NCBI GenBank assembly: GCA_951406725.2
Contig: OX597819.1
Coordinates: 125,364,001-125,428,000, forward strand
DNA: 64,000 bases
Origin: Octopus vulgaris
Taxonomy: Eukaryota
Reading direction: 5' to 3'
Made by a program: the position numbers and the translations under genes. The notes beneath the pieces were generated by a model. The model did not search any database. It was not told where the DNA came from and saw only the letters and a program-made list of their open reading frames with translations. This document shows positions 50,470-62,940 of the stretch, piece after piece; position 1 is the stretch's first letter; each line of letters opens with the position of its first letter.

Positions 50470-52480
50470 ATCATGAATTTCCATATAGAGACCACAAAGA
50501 CACAAAAAATTATATGGAGTGCTTAAAGCAGAATTCCTGCATTCTTCTTCAAGGCTTGTATGGAGGTGTCTGTCTCTCTGTTGGATGTTGCTGCATTTGG
50601 CAAAGTGTTTGCAACTGTACTGGAGGACCCAATCAACAACACCTGGACAAATATCTGTAATCGGTGTAAACTCCCAGCAAGGATCAAAAAGATCTTCACC
50701 ATACACAACAATAGGATGTCTACATTTTAACATCTTATCAAGACATAAGCAGGAACCTGACCTCGAGGTCGTTGCCATTCGAACGAGGTCATTGCCATTC
50801 GAGTGAGGTCACCCCATGCCGGTGGCACGTAAAAAGATTCGAGCGAAGTCATTGCCAGTACTGCCTGACTGGCCCCCATGCCAGTGGCACGTAAAAAGCA
50901 CCCACTACACTCACTGAGTGGTTGGCGTTAGGAAGGGCATCCAGCTGTAGAAACTCTGCCTGATCAAGATTGGAGCCTGGTGCAGCCATCTGGTTCACCA
51001 GCCCTCAGTCAAAATCGTCCAACTCATGCTAGCATGGAATGCGGATCTTAAACGATGATGATGATCATGGCTCCTGTCCAGAATCTCTCTACTTTACCAG
51101 GTCATGTCAGCAGCCCGGACGAGGTCATTCAATGACTGCACTGTCTTGAACCCAACACCCTCAGATGCAACAGATATACCATTCAGCTTAGATGTGGTCT
51201 CACTATACACCTTAGTTTCTGCCCTTCCCTCAGTCAACCTGACCATGGAATGTTTTAAGGCAGCGAGATGGCAGAAATGTTAGCACACTGGGTGAAATGC
51301 ATAGCCGTATTTCATCTGCTGTTACGTTCTGAGTTCAAATTCCGCCGAGGTAGACTTTGCCTTTCATCCTTTCGGGGTCGATTAAATAAGTACCAGTTAC
51401 GCACTGGGGTCGATGTAATTGACTTAATCTGTTTGTCTGTCCTTGTTTGTCCTCTCTGTGTTTAGCCCCTTGTGGGTAGTAAAGAAGTAGGAATGTGTCA
51501 CCTCCTCAGACTTATCCCCTCCAACATCCACAGGTGGAGAGCACTCAGTACATGTCAATCATGCACATTCTTCACCAGGTATGTGAACGACATCCTCATG
51601 CTCATTCCATCCTATGTGGATGCCTCCACAATACTAAAGAATTTCAATGAGATGAGCCAATACATGAAGTTCTCTATTGAACACCCAAACTGTGATGGTT
51701 CCCTCTCCTTGCTTGACTTTCAATCAAACATCGCAGATGAGGGAAAAATTGACACGGTGTTCTACTGAAAGTCAGCCTCCCAGGATCTTTTCATTGATTA
51801 CAAGTTGGCCCACCTCATCAGGGCTAAGTTCAGTACATAACAAGATCACCTGAATATACAAGAAATGCAATGACAACACCTGCCAGGTTGCTCAGTTCCT
51901 AAAGGTACTTGGGACCAACAAATACTGAACATCTGTTGTTAACTCCATATGCAAACAAGCCAAATATACATAACAATAGGAATCTCTCTAAGAGCTGCAT
52001 CTTCCCCACTTTAATGAGAGGGCCACTTCTGTCATTTACAAGGCCATTCACAGGAAAGACCTCAACATCCTACTGGCCCATTTGGGACCATCACTAAGTA
52101 AACACCTATCAAAGAGGTGGTCACTTGCAGAACAACAGCTCTGCTCACTAGTGAATTGCCATATTCACAACACAAACATGTGTCTACATACATACATGGT
52201 ATACCAGATACAGTACTCCAAATGCTATGACTATTACAATGGTAGCACAGTCTGACCATTCCATGTCCAAATGAAGGAGCACCTTGCTACCAACACGTCT
52301 TTGGCAAACACTTCATCAAATGCAGCAACACGTCCAAAGAGATAGGAAAAGTTCAGCTCAAAGAAGCCATACTGATTCACTGTCTCAATCTGAATGCAAC
52401 TGTAACTAACACACACCATCTTCTATCACCACTACCACAACCAACATTACGTGAAAATACATCACAACAACCATGACCAA
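50470..52480 (+). mobile_element. Decayed Penelope-like element (RT + GIY-YIG endonuclease), interrupted by two SINEs
   Basis: Ordered motifs HFNILSRHK (~50722), FSLDVVSLYT (~51182), FFTRYVNDILML and FSIEH...SLSLLDF (51567-51720), VYQIQYSKCYDYYNGSTV*PFHVQMKEH (~52199-52282, GIY-YIG). Confidence 0.85.
51256..51488 (+). mobile_element. SINE family C nested in the Penelope relic
   Basis: Family match. Confidence 0.85.
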
Positions 52481-52775
52481 CAGTCGGAGAGTTGGTGCTG
52501 CTGCTTACCGAAAACCATGAGCCCTTTAAATTAACAAAATCGATGTAAATACACATAGCTTTGACTGCCTTTGGGCCTGAAATATAAAGGATTTTTTCTT
52601 ACATTTTTTTGTAAAACTTTCTGCATTGTTAGAAGCTTTCTTCATTTCTCTTTTCTTTCATTTTCTGCATATATATATATATATTTACATCTAATATAGG
52701 ATAAAATATTTCCAAAAAATATTCTATCAATGGCCAGCATATTAAAAAATACCTTTAAAGGTTAAATCTATAAAC

Positions 52776-53074
52776 AACTTATAAACAAGGGCAAAAGAAA
52801 AAATTCTAATGCCAAATATGCTGAAAATAGACAAATTGCCAATAACCATATAATTTATCATTATCAGTACGCATCTCGAAGTAAACCGACAGAAATTTCT
52901 AAAAAATTCCGTTATTATTGTATCGGTTCCAATTTCAGAGTTAATTCATAAGAATTTTCTCCTCATCAACGATAAATACGTACTTATAGTGATAAATTAT
53001 ATGGTTATTGACGATTTGTCTATTTTCGGCATATTTTGCATTAGAATTTTTTCTTTTGCCCTTGTTTATAAGTT
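52776..53074. mobile_element. Palindromic MITE/fold-back element (~100-bp arms)
   Basis: aacttataaacaagggcaaaagaaaaaattctaatgc... is mirrored by ...gcattagaattttttcttttgcccttgtttataagtt. Confidence 0.8.
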
Positions 53075-53319
53075 ATATATATATATATATATATATTCTT
53101 TTGTTTAATGTCCATTTTGCCATGCTAGCAGGAGTGGGATGTGGAGTTATTTGAAGCAAGGATGGTAAATCCTGTCACCAACGCTTACCTTTAATAAATT
53201 ATTTATTCCAGAAGTTGCCAAAAGCACAGAGCAATTGGCATTCCTTGTCAAATGTCAACAATGAATGTCAGTGTGACATTCTTACACATGTGCCCTGCCT
53301 CCCCCAGTGTTGCTTCCTC

Positions 53320-54530
53320 GTGTCTTCCAGACTAATGGATATTTATTTTTTTTTTAATTTTGTACCAATACTCTTCAGATATTGTAGATTCCAATTATAT
53401 TGGAATATGTTGTGAAAAATATTTCTTGTGGGTGGGGAGAAGAATTTTGGAAAATTCACATGAGTTGGTTTTGTTTCCTCATAACTTTCAGAAAAATAGG
53501 TATTTTTTTAATGGAGGTTTCTACAAATACTTTTCAGAGTGTGTAAATTATGATTATATCAGAATCAAAATCACATTCGATAACTGGCATCCGTACTAGC
53601 GGGGTGCAAAGAGCACCATACAAGTGTGATCGTTGACAGAGCGGTTAACCAGCTTCTGTGCCAGTGGCACATGAAAGGCACCATTCGAGTGTGATTGTTA
53701 CCAGCATCACCTTACTGGCACTTGTGCCCGTGCTAGTAGGGTGCCAAGAGCACCATCCGAGCGTGATCGTTGCCAGAGCAGCCAACCGGCTTCCGTGCCG
53801 GTGGCATGTAAAAGGGCACCATTCTAGCGTGATCGTTACCAACATCGCCTTACAGGCACCTGTGCTGGTGGCATGTGTAAAAGGATTCGAGCAAGGTCGT
53901 TGCCAGTACCGCCTGACTGGCCCCCATGCCGGTGGCACATAAAAAGCACCCACTACACTCTCGGAGTGGTTGGCATTAGGAAGGGCATCCAGCTGTAGAA
54001 ACTTTGTCAGATCAAGATTGGGGCCTGGTGCGGCCGTCTGGTTCGCCAGCCCTCAGTCAAAATCCTCCAATCCATGCTAGCATGGAAAGCGGACGTTAAA
54101 CGATGATGATGATGATGATCAGAATTTGAGGTAAAAAGCAAAATAGCGAGCACACTCATCACAATTGTGACACATCACAATTTTTTTGAAAATTCCAAGT
54201 TTCATTTTTTAGATGTGTGACATGTTAGTATGTATGTGTAAGAGCCCACCATTTTTTTGTTGTTTTTTTTTTTGTTGCATATTAAATTCCAATATAATCA
54301 TACTCTATATACTCTGAAAGGTATTTATAGAAAAGTTTACAAAAAATTACCCGTTTTTCTGAAAGTTATGAGTAAAGAAAGCCCTCCTGTGTGAATTTTC
54401 CAAAACGCCTCGTGTCACCCGCGGAAACAAATTTTTCACCATATATTCCAATAATATAATCAGAATCTAAAGTATCTGAAACTTATTTGTAAAAAATTTC
54501 ATTAAAAAATATCCATTTTTCTGGAAGATA
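53320..54530. mobile_element. Old fold-back DNA element (~200-bp diverged arms) with a SINE-like element inserted centrally
   Basis: 53320-53540 is an imperfect reverse complement of 54311-54530 (e.g. ttttggaaaattcaca / tgtgaattttccaaaa; ctcataactttcagaaaaa / tttttctgaaagttatgag). Confidence 0.7.
53567..54119 (+). mobile_element. Family B: headless SINE-like retroposon, six tandem ~65-bp modules + RTE-like segment + (GAT)n tail
   Basis: Repeated gtgccggtggcacgtaaaaagcacc-type modules, then ggttggcattaggaagggcatccagctgtagaaac and ...ggacgttaaacgatgatgat; flanked by atcagaat on both sides. Confidence 0.85.
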
Positions 54531-54879
54531 TAACCTAACAAATCAGGACCGAGACACACGTGTAGGAATGCTGTCAGTATTATCAGTGTGTGTGCATTTG
54601 CATGCACACGCACACACACACTCTCTCTCTCTCTCTCATACACACACACACACACACACACACATTCATACATTTACAATGAGCTTCCAGTAGTTTCTAT
54701 CTACCAAATTCACTCACAAGACAGTCAGCTGAGAGCAATTGTAGAAGACACCCAAGGTACTGTGCAGTGGAAGTGAACCCGAAAATATGAGGTTGTAATG
54801 TGAACCTCTTAACCACATAACTATGCCAGTGCCTCACTATTTGTATACATATGTGTGTGTGTGTGTATGTAGGTAAGTA

Positions 54880-55272
54880 TACTCTTTTACTCGTTTCAGT
54901 CATTTGACTGCGGCCATGCTGGAGCACCGCCTTTAATCGAGCAACTCGACCCCGGGATTATTCTTTTGTAAGCCCAGTACTTATTCTATCGGTCTCTTTT
55001 GCCAAACCGCTAAGTGACGGGGACGTAAACACACCAGCATCGGTTGTCAAGCAATGCTAAGGGGACAAACACAGACACACAAACATATACACACACACTT
55101 ATATATATATATATACATAAATACGACAGGCTTCTTTCAGTTTCCATCTACCAAATCCACTCACAAGGCATTGGTCGGTCCGGGGCTATAGCAGAAGACA
55201 CTTGCCCAAGATGCCACGCAGTGGGACTGAACCCGGAACCATGTGGTTGGTTAGCAAGCTACTTACCACACA
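54880..55272 (-). mobile_element. SINE family A
   Basis: Matches family A consensus; an older fragment lies at ~54680-54830. Confidence 0.85.
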
Positions 55273-55297
55273 TAATTCTTAACCACTCAACTTATAT

Positions 55298-55520
55298 TTA
55301 TTTCTTTACTACCCACAAGGGGATAAACACAGAGGGGACAAACAAAGACAGACAAACGGATTAAGTCGATTACATCGACCCCAGTGCGTAACTGGTACTT
55401 AATTTATCGACCCCGAAAGGATGAAAGACAAAGTCGACCTCGGCAGAATTTGAACTCAGAATGTAACGGCAGACGAAATACGGCTACGCATTTCACCCGG
55501 CATGCTAACGGTTCTGCCAA
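55298..55520 (-). mobile_element. SINE family C
   Basis: Family match. Confidence 0.85.
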
Positions 55521-55769
55521 TGCATGTTTGTAGATATCAATGAATGCAAACAAGAGGCTAAGCTGCTGCTGTTAGAATATTTTGTGCTACAATTGTCATA
55601 GAAAATGTTAAACAAACCCCTTACTAGGTAGTCATCTAAGGGCTCATGTTGCAGTATGAAAGTGGTTATGTTTGAAATTCTTTATACCCTGTCAGCAAAA
55701 ATGCATCCATTACAAAAATGCATTGTACTCAACATCGAAGTCTGCCAAACTACAAACTAGCAGAAAAAT

Positions 55770-56106
55770 GTGGAGACGCAATGGCCCAGTGGTTAGGGCA
55801 GCGGACTTGCGGTCGGACGATCGCTGTTTCGATTCCCAGACCGGGCATTGTGTGTGTTTATTGAGCAAAAACACCTAAAGCTCCACAAGGCTCCGGCAGG
55901 GGGTGGTGGCGACCCCTGTTGTACTCTTTCGCTCCAACTTTCTCTCACTCTTTCTTCCTGTTTCTTTGTCCCCGACTTCCTACGCAACCGCTGAGCCCGG
56001 AAGCGCATTCATCCGTCCATCGATGCTCTCGGTGTCGGGGGGTTGACCTGCTTTCTCTTCTGCGGGTCTTACGAATAGCAAAGGACCACGTTTCGGACTT
56101 CTCCCA
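55770..56106 (+). mobile_element. SINE family D (tRNA-derived head), near full-length
   Basis: A-box tggcccagtggttagg, B-box-like gtttcgattccc; body shared with 26125-26383. Confidence 0.75.
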
Positions 56107-56734
56107 TCTTGCGAGCTCTGGGACAAAGACCGTTCACTCAACAAACAAACAAGCAGCAGAAACAAAGTTAACAAGCAGTTTTTCTTTGCTCAAGTCCAAA
56201 TTTTTGGTCTCTGCTAAACTAACTTGGCATAGATACATGAGGTGAGGACAAAGTTTCCATCTTAAGTGGTACCCCAACAACCCAATGTCTTATGAACTTC
56301 CCACCATATGCGCGTGTGCATGAATGTATGCATGCATGAATGAATTAATGAATTAATGATCACTTTTCATTCATACATTTTATGTTTTTCTGTGCTAGCA
56401 TGATTTAGATAAACATAGAGAGACATTTTTTTTTTTTACAGCTGGGTACATTTACTGTCACTAACCCTTACTTGTTTTTCAAGTACTGGAGTTTTCATTT
56501 AATTATACTTTGAAAGCACTGAGCCACTAAAGGATTTGTTAACAGTGATCACCCAGGCACAATATACACATACCACACACATACACACACACATATATAT
56601 ATGTATATATGTTTACAATGGGCATTTTACAGAAATGAGTAAATTCAAGAAAAATTTGGCTTCAAAATAAAATTCTTTTTTAAATTGAAAAGAAATTTTC
56701 ACTAATGTTTTTTTTCTTTTTTATAGCATTTTTA

Positions 56735-57045
56735 TCTTTTATTTGTTTGAGTCATTAGACTATGGCCATGCTGGGGCACTACCTGGAAGAATATTAATCA
56801 AACAAATCAATCTCAATACTTATATTTTTAAGCCCAGTACTTATTTTATCAGTCTCTTTCACCAACTGTTAGTGGGACATAAACAAACCAACATCAATCT
56901 TTAAGCAGTGGTGGGGGACAAAGAAAAACACACACACACATGTATATATGACAGGCTATAGTAGAAAACACTTTCCTAAAGTATCATGCAGTGGGACTGA
57001 ACCCAGGACCGTGTGGTTGGGAAGCAAGCTTCTTACCACACAGCC
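56735..57045 (-). mobile_element. SINE family A, older diverged copy
   Basis: Diverged match to family A. Confidence 0.7.
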
Positions 57046-57367
57046 CTATTTTTCTTTTTATTAAATTTAAATCCAAAATGACACTCACTGACGATACATC
57101 GAAGAGGCCAGGGAACAGAAGAAAGAAGACATGCACCCAACACCAGAGCTGAAGACACCTCCGAAAGGGGGTGCCCTGCCACGTCAAAACGGTTGAGGAG
57201 TAGGGGCCAAAACTGGACGTGGTTCCCCCTGATGATGTCTTGAGCTAACTGGATCCTATAAAGGAGCTGTTCTGGTAGCAGACCACGAAACATGGTTGTA
57301 ATTCCTCCTTACATTCAAAATGATATCAGCAAAACAGAAACCAAGTTTTAAAAAAACCGTTATATAT

Positions 57368-57755
57368 TCTTTTTATTCTTTTATTTGTTTCAGTCATTTG
57401 ACTGCAGCCATGCTGGAGCACCACCTTTAGTCGAACAAATTGACCCCAGGACTTATTCTTTGTAAGCCTAGTACTTATTCTATTGGTCTATTTTGCTGAA
57501 CTGCTAAGTTATGGGGACATAAACACACTAACATTGGTTGTCAAGTGACACACAAACATATACATACATATAAATATATATATATACATATATACAATGG
57601 TCTTCTTTAAGTTTCCATGTACCAAATTCACTCACAAGGCATTGGTCGGCCCGAGGCTATAGTAGAAGATATTTGCCCAAGGTGCCATCATGTGGGACTG
57701 AACCTGGAACCATGTGGTTTATAAACAAGCTACTTAACCACATAGCAAACTCCTA
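57368..57755 (-). mobile_element. SINE family A
   Basis: Matches family A consensus. Confidence 0.8.
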
Positions 57756-58538
57756 TATAATATATATACAAGCACACCATTCGAGCATGATCATTACCGC
57801 ATCGCCTTACTAGCACTTGTGCTGGTGGCATGTGTTACATTCGAGCAAGGTCGTCGCCAGTGCCGCTGGACTGGCTTCCTGTGCAGGTGGCACGTATAAA
57901 GCACCAGTTGGGCATGGTCGTTGCCAGTACCACCAAACTGGCTCTTGTACTAGTGGCACGTAAAAGCACCCACTACACTCTCGTTAGGAAGATCATCCAG
58001 CTGTAGAAACTCTGCCAGATCAGATTGGAGTCTGGTTCGCCAGACCTCAGTCAAATCGTCCAACCCATGCTAGCATGGAAAGCGGATGTTAAATGATGAT
58101 GATGATATATATATATATTTATATATATATATAGGCCTTTATTAAAAAAAAAAACTTTTTCTTCGTAGAGAAGTTTTCTTTTGTAGGTATATGTTATCCA
58201 AACAGGCACCAGTTTTGCATTGTGATCGATTGAGGACTCTGGATATCATTCCCATGTTTACGTACTAATGTTCTTGGTTGGTTTGTTATACCATTTTTGT
58301 ACTTTTCACTTCTGAAAGTCTAGTTACCTCCATGGAGACTTCGTTGTCTTCGATATAGGAGCAATAATTTATAGTTTAAAGAAAACGGCGAATATATAAC
58401 ATAGTATAATCCGTTTTTAATCATAGTCCAGTCAATTCATAAGTTCGTACATTTTTTCCACTTACGTTATGTTTCGGCCAATTGTTATTGTCCATATTTG
58501 TACCTTTAATGTGCATTATGGTACATATATATATATAC

Positions 58539-58575
<37 letters not shown>

Positions 58576-59139
58576 AATATAGACGTAATGGACAAACAAT
58601 TATTGGTGAGGGGAGCTATTCATTCATTTGAGATATTACATATTTATTGCGTACTTGCTAGGGAACGAAGTGTGAAGGACAGAACTCTACATATTAAGGC
58701 TTCCTCACTTCAGTCTAAAGGACTACAAGGCAGATTCTCTGAGCAAACTTACTTGAACTTATTTACCACACCAACTCCAAACTTGGATGTATTAGTAAAG
58801 CTAATTTAGTAAGTATTATCCCGTTAAAGATAATCTTAATCTTTATAGCAATGCAGGGGAGGTAATCACTTGTCTCTGCTTTCCCCAAAATACAATTTCA
58901 TATAAATTATTATTATTCTGTTTCTCCTATTCTGCCTAATAAAGCTTTTATATTTTCTCATAAATGAACATATTTGTCTTGTTTAGATATTGATATTATA
59001 CAAATAGGAAAACACCTTTCCCCTTTAACAACATGAGGGTCAACTAAAAAGTTCACAGGCTGATGAAGATACTATCATGGTATGTGACCAAATGAGGTTT
59101 ATTTTTCAACATAGACTCCCTAGCAGTCTACTATTTTTA

Positions 59140-59357
59140 CTCTTTTACTATTTTACTTGTTTCAGTCTGACTGTGGCCATGCTGGAGCATCGCCTTTAGT
59201 CGAGCAAATCGACCCCAGGACTTATTCTTTGTAAGCCTAGTACTTATTCTATCAGTCTCTTTTGCCGAACCGCTAAGTGACGGGGACGTAAACACACCAG
59301 CATCGGTTGTCAAGCGATGTTGGTGGGGGACAAACACAGACACACAAACACACACAC

Positions 59358-59401
<44 letters not shown>

Positions 59402-59552
59402 CAGGCTTCTTTCAGTTTCCGTCTACCAAATCCACTCACAGGGCTTTGGTCGGCCCGAGGCTATAGTAGAAGACACTTGCCCAAGGTGCCACGCAGTGGG
59501 ACTGAACCTCGAACCATGTGGTTAGTAAGCAAGCTACTTACCACACAGCCAC
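59140..59552 (-). mobile_element. SINE family A nested in a mariner relic
   Basis: Matches family A consensus. Confidence 0.85.
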
Positions 59553-60310
59553 AACCTGCGCCTTACTGGCACCCATGCCGGTAGCATGTGTAAAAGTCTA
59601 CACATTTTTTTCTATGAAGTTGCAGTGCTTGGATCCCATTGGTGAAAAAACTTTCATCTTGTTGCCTCCAAAAAAGTTATCAACAGCAAAGATAAATCAT
59701 TATCATTGCAATACTGGTTCTCAACCAAGTGTTTTTTCATGTCTGGGAACAGATGATAGTCAGATGGGCCAAATCAGGAGAATAGTGATGGTGATCAACC
59801 AGTTCAAAACCACAGTCACCCACAACAGTCATAGAAACAAAGGACTTGTGTGGTGGCACACTGTCCTAATGAAACAAGTGCCCTTGTGATAGTTTTCCTG
59901 AACATTTGGTCCTGATAGGCTTTTTGGAACTGCCTCAATGATGTGGCCCCTTTTGAAGAGAGTCAATGAACACAAAAGCTTTTGCTTTCTCAAAACCTGA
60001 GGCCATGACCTTCCCTGCTGATGAAATGACCTTGGTCTTATTTAGAGCAGGTGAGGAGTGGTGTTTCCATAGCCTGGATTGTTGGCTCAAAGTGATGAAC
60101 CCAACACCCATCCTGGCTTAGGAAATGTTCAAGGAAACCAGCTGGATCAAACTCAAACAACATCAAATTTTCCCATAATATGATCAGCCTGGTATGCTTT
60201 TGATCAGGTGTCAGAAGACATAGCCCCTACTGAGCAAGAAACCTTCGCCATGGCAAGTTCATTGTGCACAATATTGTTAACTTTTTCACAAGATATGCTA
60301 ATAGTATAAG

Positions 60311-60543
60311 AAGGCGGTGAGCTAGCAGAAACGTTAGCACACCGGGCGAAATGCATAGCCGTATTTCGTCTGCCGTTACGTTCTGAGTTCAAATTCCGCC
60401 GAGGTCAACTTTGCCTTTCATCCTTTCGGGGGTCGATAAATTAAGTACCAGTTATGCACTGGGGTCTATGTAATCGACTTAATCCATTTGTCTGTCCTTG
60501 TTTGTCCCCTCTGTGTTTAGCCCCTAGTGGGTAATAAAGAAAT
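60311..60543 (+). mobile_element. SINE family C (tRNA-like head, ~230 bp) with 20-bp TSD
   Basis: aaggcggtgagctagcagaa...gagttcaaattcc...gcctttcatcctttcgggggtcgataaattaagtacc; exact duplication agatatgctaatagtataag at 60291-60310 and 60544-60563. Confidence 0.9.
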
Positions 60544-60734
60544 AGATATGCTAATAGTATAAGCTATTTGATTTATGATGACTCACCTGCCATCCGACAC
60601 CATGTGGTGACCATGATTAGTGTTTTTCTTAGTGGTGCCAGTTGCAGGACGTCCAGACTTTGGGTCATCTTCAAGATTCTTCCTTCCCCTCCTAAATTCA
60701 GCTGTCCACTTTGCACTGTTGATAAAGCTGGAGC

Positions 60735-61125
60735 AACATCAAAAATCAATGGAAATTGTAGTTGTGATCCCTGTGCCAGTGGCACGTAAAAAGCACCATC
60801 CGAACATGGCCGATGCCAGCGCCGCCTTGACTGGCTTCCGTGCCGGTGGCACGTAAAAAGCACCAACCGATCATGGCCGTTGCCAGTCTCACCTGGCACC
60901 TGTGCAGGTGGCACGTAAAAAGCACCCAGTACACTCTGTAAAGTGGTTGGCGTTAAGAAGGGCATCCAGCTGTAGAAACACTGCCAGATGGGACTGGAGC
61001 CTAGTGTAGCCCCCTGGCTTCCCAGACCCCAGTCGAACCATCCAACCCATTCTACAGCTGGATGCCCTTCCTAACGCCAACCACGAGTGTAGTGGGTGCT
61101 TTTTATGTGCCACCTGCACAGGTGT
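60735..61125 (+). mobile_element. Family B copy whose 3' end is replaced by an inverted duplicate of its own interior
   Basis: 61051-61125 is the reverse complement of ~60893-60977. Confidence 0.75.
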
Positions 61126-62140
61126 CAGGGGGTCCGGCATCCGATCTATGCTATTAATGCATTCTACACTTCTTTTGTATCTGTCCAAGTCTTCTGCCTG
61201 CAGCGGCTGAAGATGGACAACTGCTATACAGATGACCACTATTGAGACAAACACACGTATCCAGCAGTCCTTGTCTCCAAACAATCAAACTGACTTTTCT
61301 TTAATACTATGCTGATTTGGCGAATTCTTGATTCTTAAGATTAATATATATATGTTCTGCATGTGTTTGCAGTTTCGTTGACATAACTGAAATAACTAAT
61401 ATAAATAATATAAGCGCCGCCTGACTGGCATCTGTGTCGGAGACACGTAAAAACACCAACCGATCGTGGCCGTTTGCCATCCTGCTCTGGCCCCTGTGCC
61501 GGTGGCACGTAAAAAACACCCACTACACACATATTTGTAGTTGGCGTTAGGAAGGGCATCCAGCTGTAGAAACACTGCCAGATCAGACTGGAGCCTGGTG
61601 CAGTCTCCATGGCTTACCAGATCCCGGTCGAACCGTCCAACCCATGCTAGCATGGAAAACCGACGTTAAATGATGATGAATGCCTCTAATATTATTAATA
61701 ATGATTGATTATTGTGTATGCTTATAAATGTAAATATGTATGTAGATTTAAGTGTATATAAATATAAGTATTTATGTATATATATGTATACATTTGTATA
61801 TGTATGTGTGTGTGTGTATATATATATATATGTATATATACACATATATATATGTATGAGTATTTAAATGTGTGTGTATATTTCTTATTTTATATTTATA
61901 TTTCTTTATAACTTAACCTTATGTACTTTATAAAAAATCTCTGAATCTTAAGATTATCTATTAACTCATTGGGTCGCAATTATCACCAGCAATTGTTTTA
62001 CTCTTCCTGGAAGCAGAGTATTTCAGTGAACCAAGAAATTATCTTGTATAGATTTTGATATACCTTACTTCGTCTCTGGTGTTCAAATGGATGCCATCAG
62101 GAGTTATTTCCCTTCGCTCATTTTCATTTTTATGTCCATT

Positions 62141-62815
62141 CATACATGCATATATATATAAATACATACACACATGCATGTACTTATCTACCCCGGTACG
62201 TACACATACACACACTTACGCATACATACATACATACATACATACAGGCATATACACACGCATACATACATACATACATACACACACGCATACATACACG
62301 CATACACACACGCATACATACAACCACACATACACGCGTACATACATACACATGCATACATACATACACACATGCATACATACACACACGCATACATACA
62401 TACACACAAACACACACACATACATACATACACACACGCATACATACACACACGGCGGCGAGCTGGCAGAAACGTTAGCACGTTGGATGAAATGCTTTGT
62501 GGTATTTCGTTCGCCATTACGTTCTGAGTTCAAATTCCACCGAGGTCGACTTTGCCTTTCATCCTTTCGGGGTCGATAAGTAAAGTACCAGTTTCGCATT
62601 GGGGTCGATATAATCGACTTAATCCGTCTGTCTGTCCTTGTTTGTCCACTCTATGTTTAGCCCCTTGTGGGTAGTAAAGAAATAGATACATACACACACA
62701 CACACACACACGCATACATACACACACATGTACGTACGTACATACATACACACATACACACACACACATACATACGCACACGCATACACACGCACGCACG
62801 CACACGGACACACAC
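62141..62815. repeat. Compound (CATA)/(CA) microsatellite split by a SINE
   Basis: Seen directly. Confidence 0.9.
62454..62684 (+). mobile_element. SINE family C inserted in a CA/TA microsatellite
   Basis: Family match. Confidence 0.85.
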
Positions 62816-62840
62816 AGTTTGATTCTGTTTCCATGCTACT

Positions 62841-62940
62841 TCAAGTTTCGCAGGCCCCTAACGGAACCCAACTCGTTCAGGCTTCTGGAATAACTGAAGC
62901 CTGAGCATGTTGGGTTCCATTAAAAGCCTTCAAAACCTGA
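62841..62940 (-). ncRNA. Candidate hairpin RNA (pre-miRNA-like)
   Basis: 45-bp gapless stem with 10-nt loop; 42 of 45 positions pair on the minus strand when G:U is allowed. No expression evidence. Confidence 0.35.

Larger units (their letters stand above)
59033..60732 (-). mobile_element. Decayed mariner transposon relic interrupted by SINEs (59140-59552, 60311-60543)
   Basis: Mariner-like terminus atgagggtcaactaaaaagttc...tttatttttcaacatag; minus-strand SGRP motif at ~60645-60660; numerous stops. Confidence 0.6.

Noticed and set aside
50413-50806. Cys-rich ORFs as a host gene exon
   Set aside because: Better explained as the decayed N-terminal part of the Penelope-like ORF (FNILSRHK motif) in register with downstream RT motifs.
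55770-55845. tRNA gene
   Set aside because: A/B boxes are present but I could not build a proper acceptor stem, and it continues into a repeated SINE body; treated as a SINE head.
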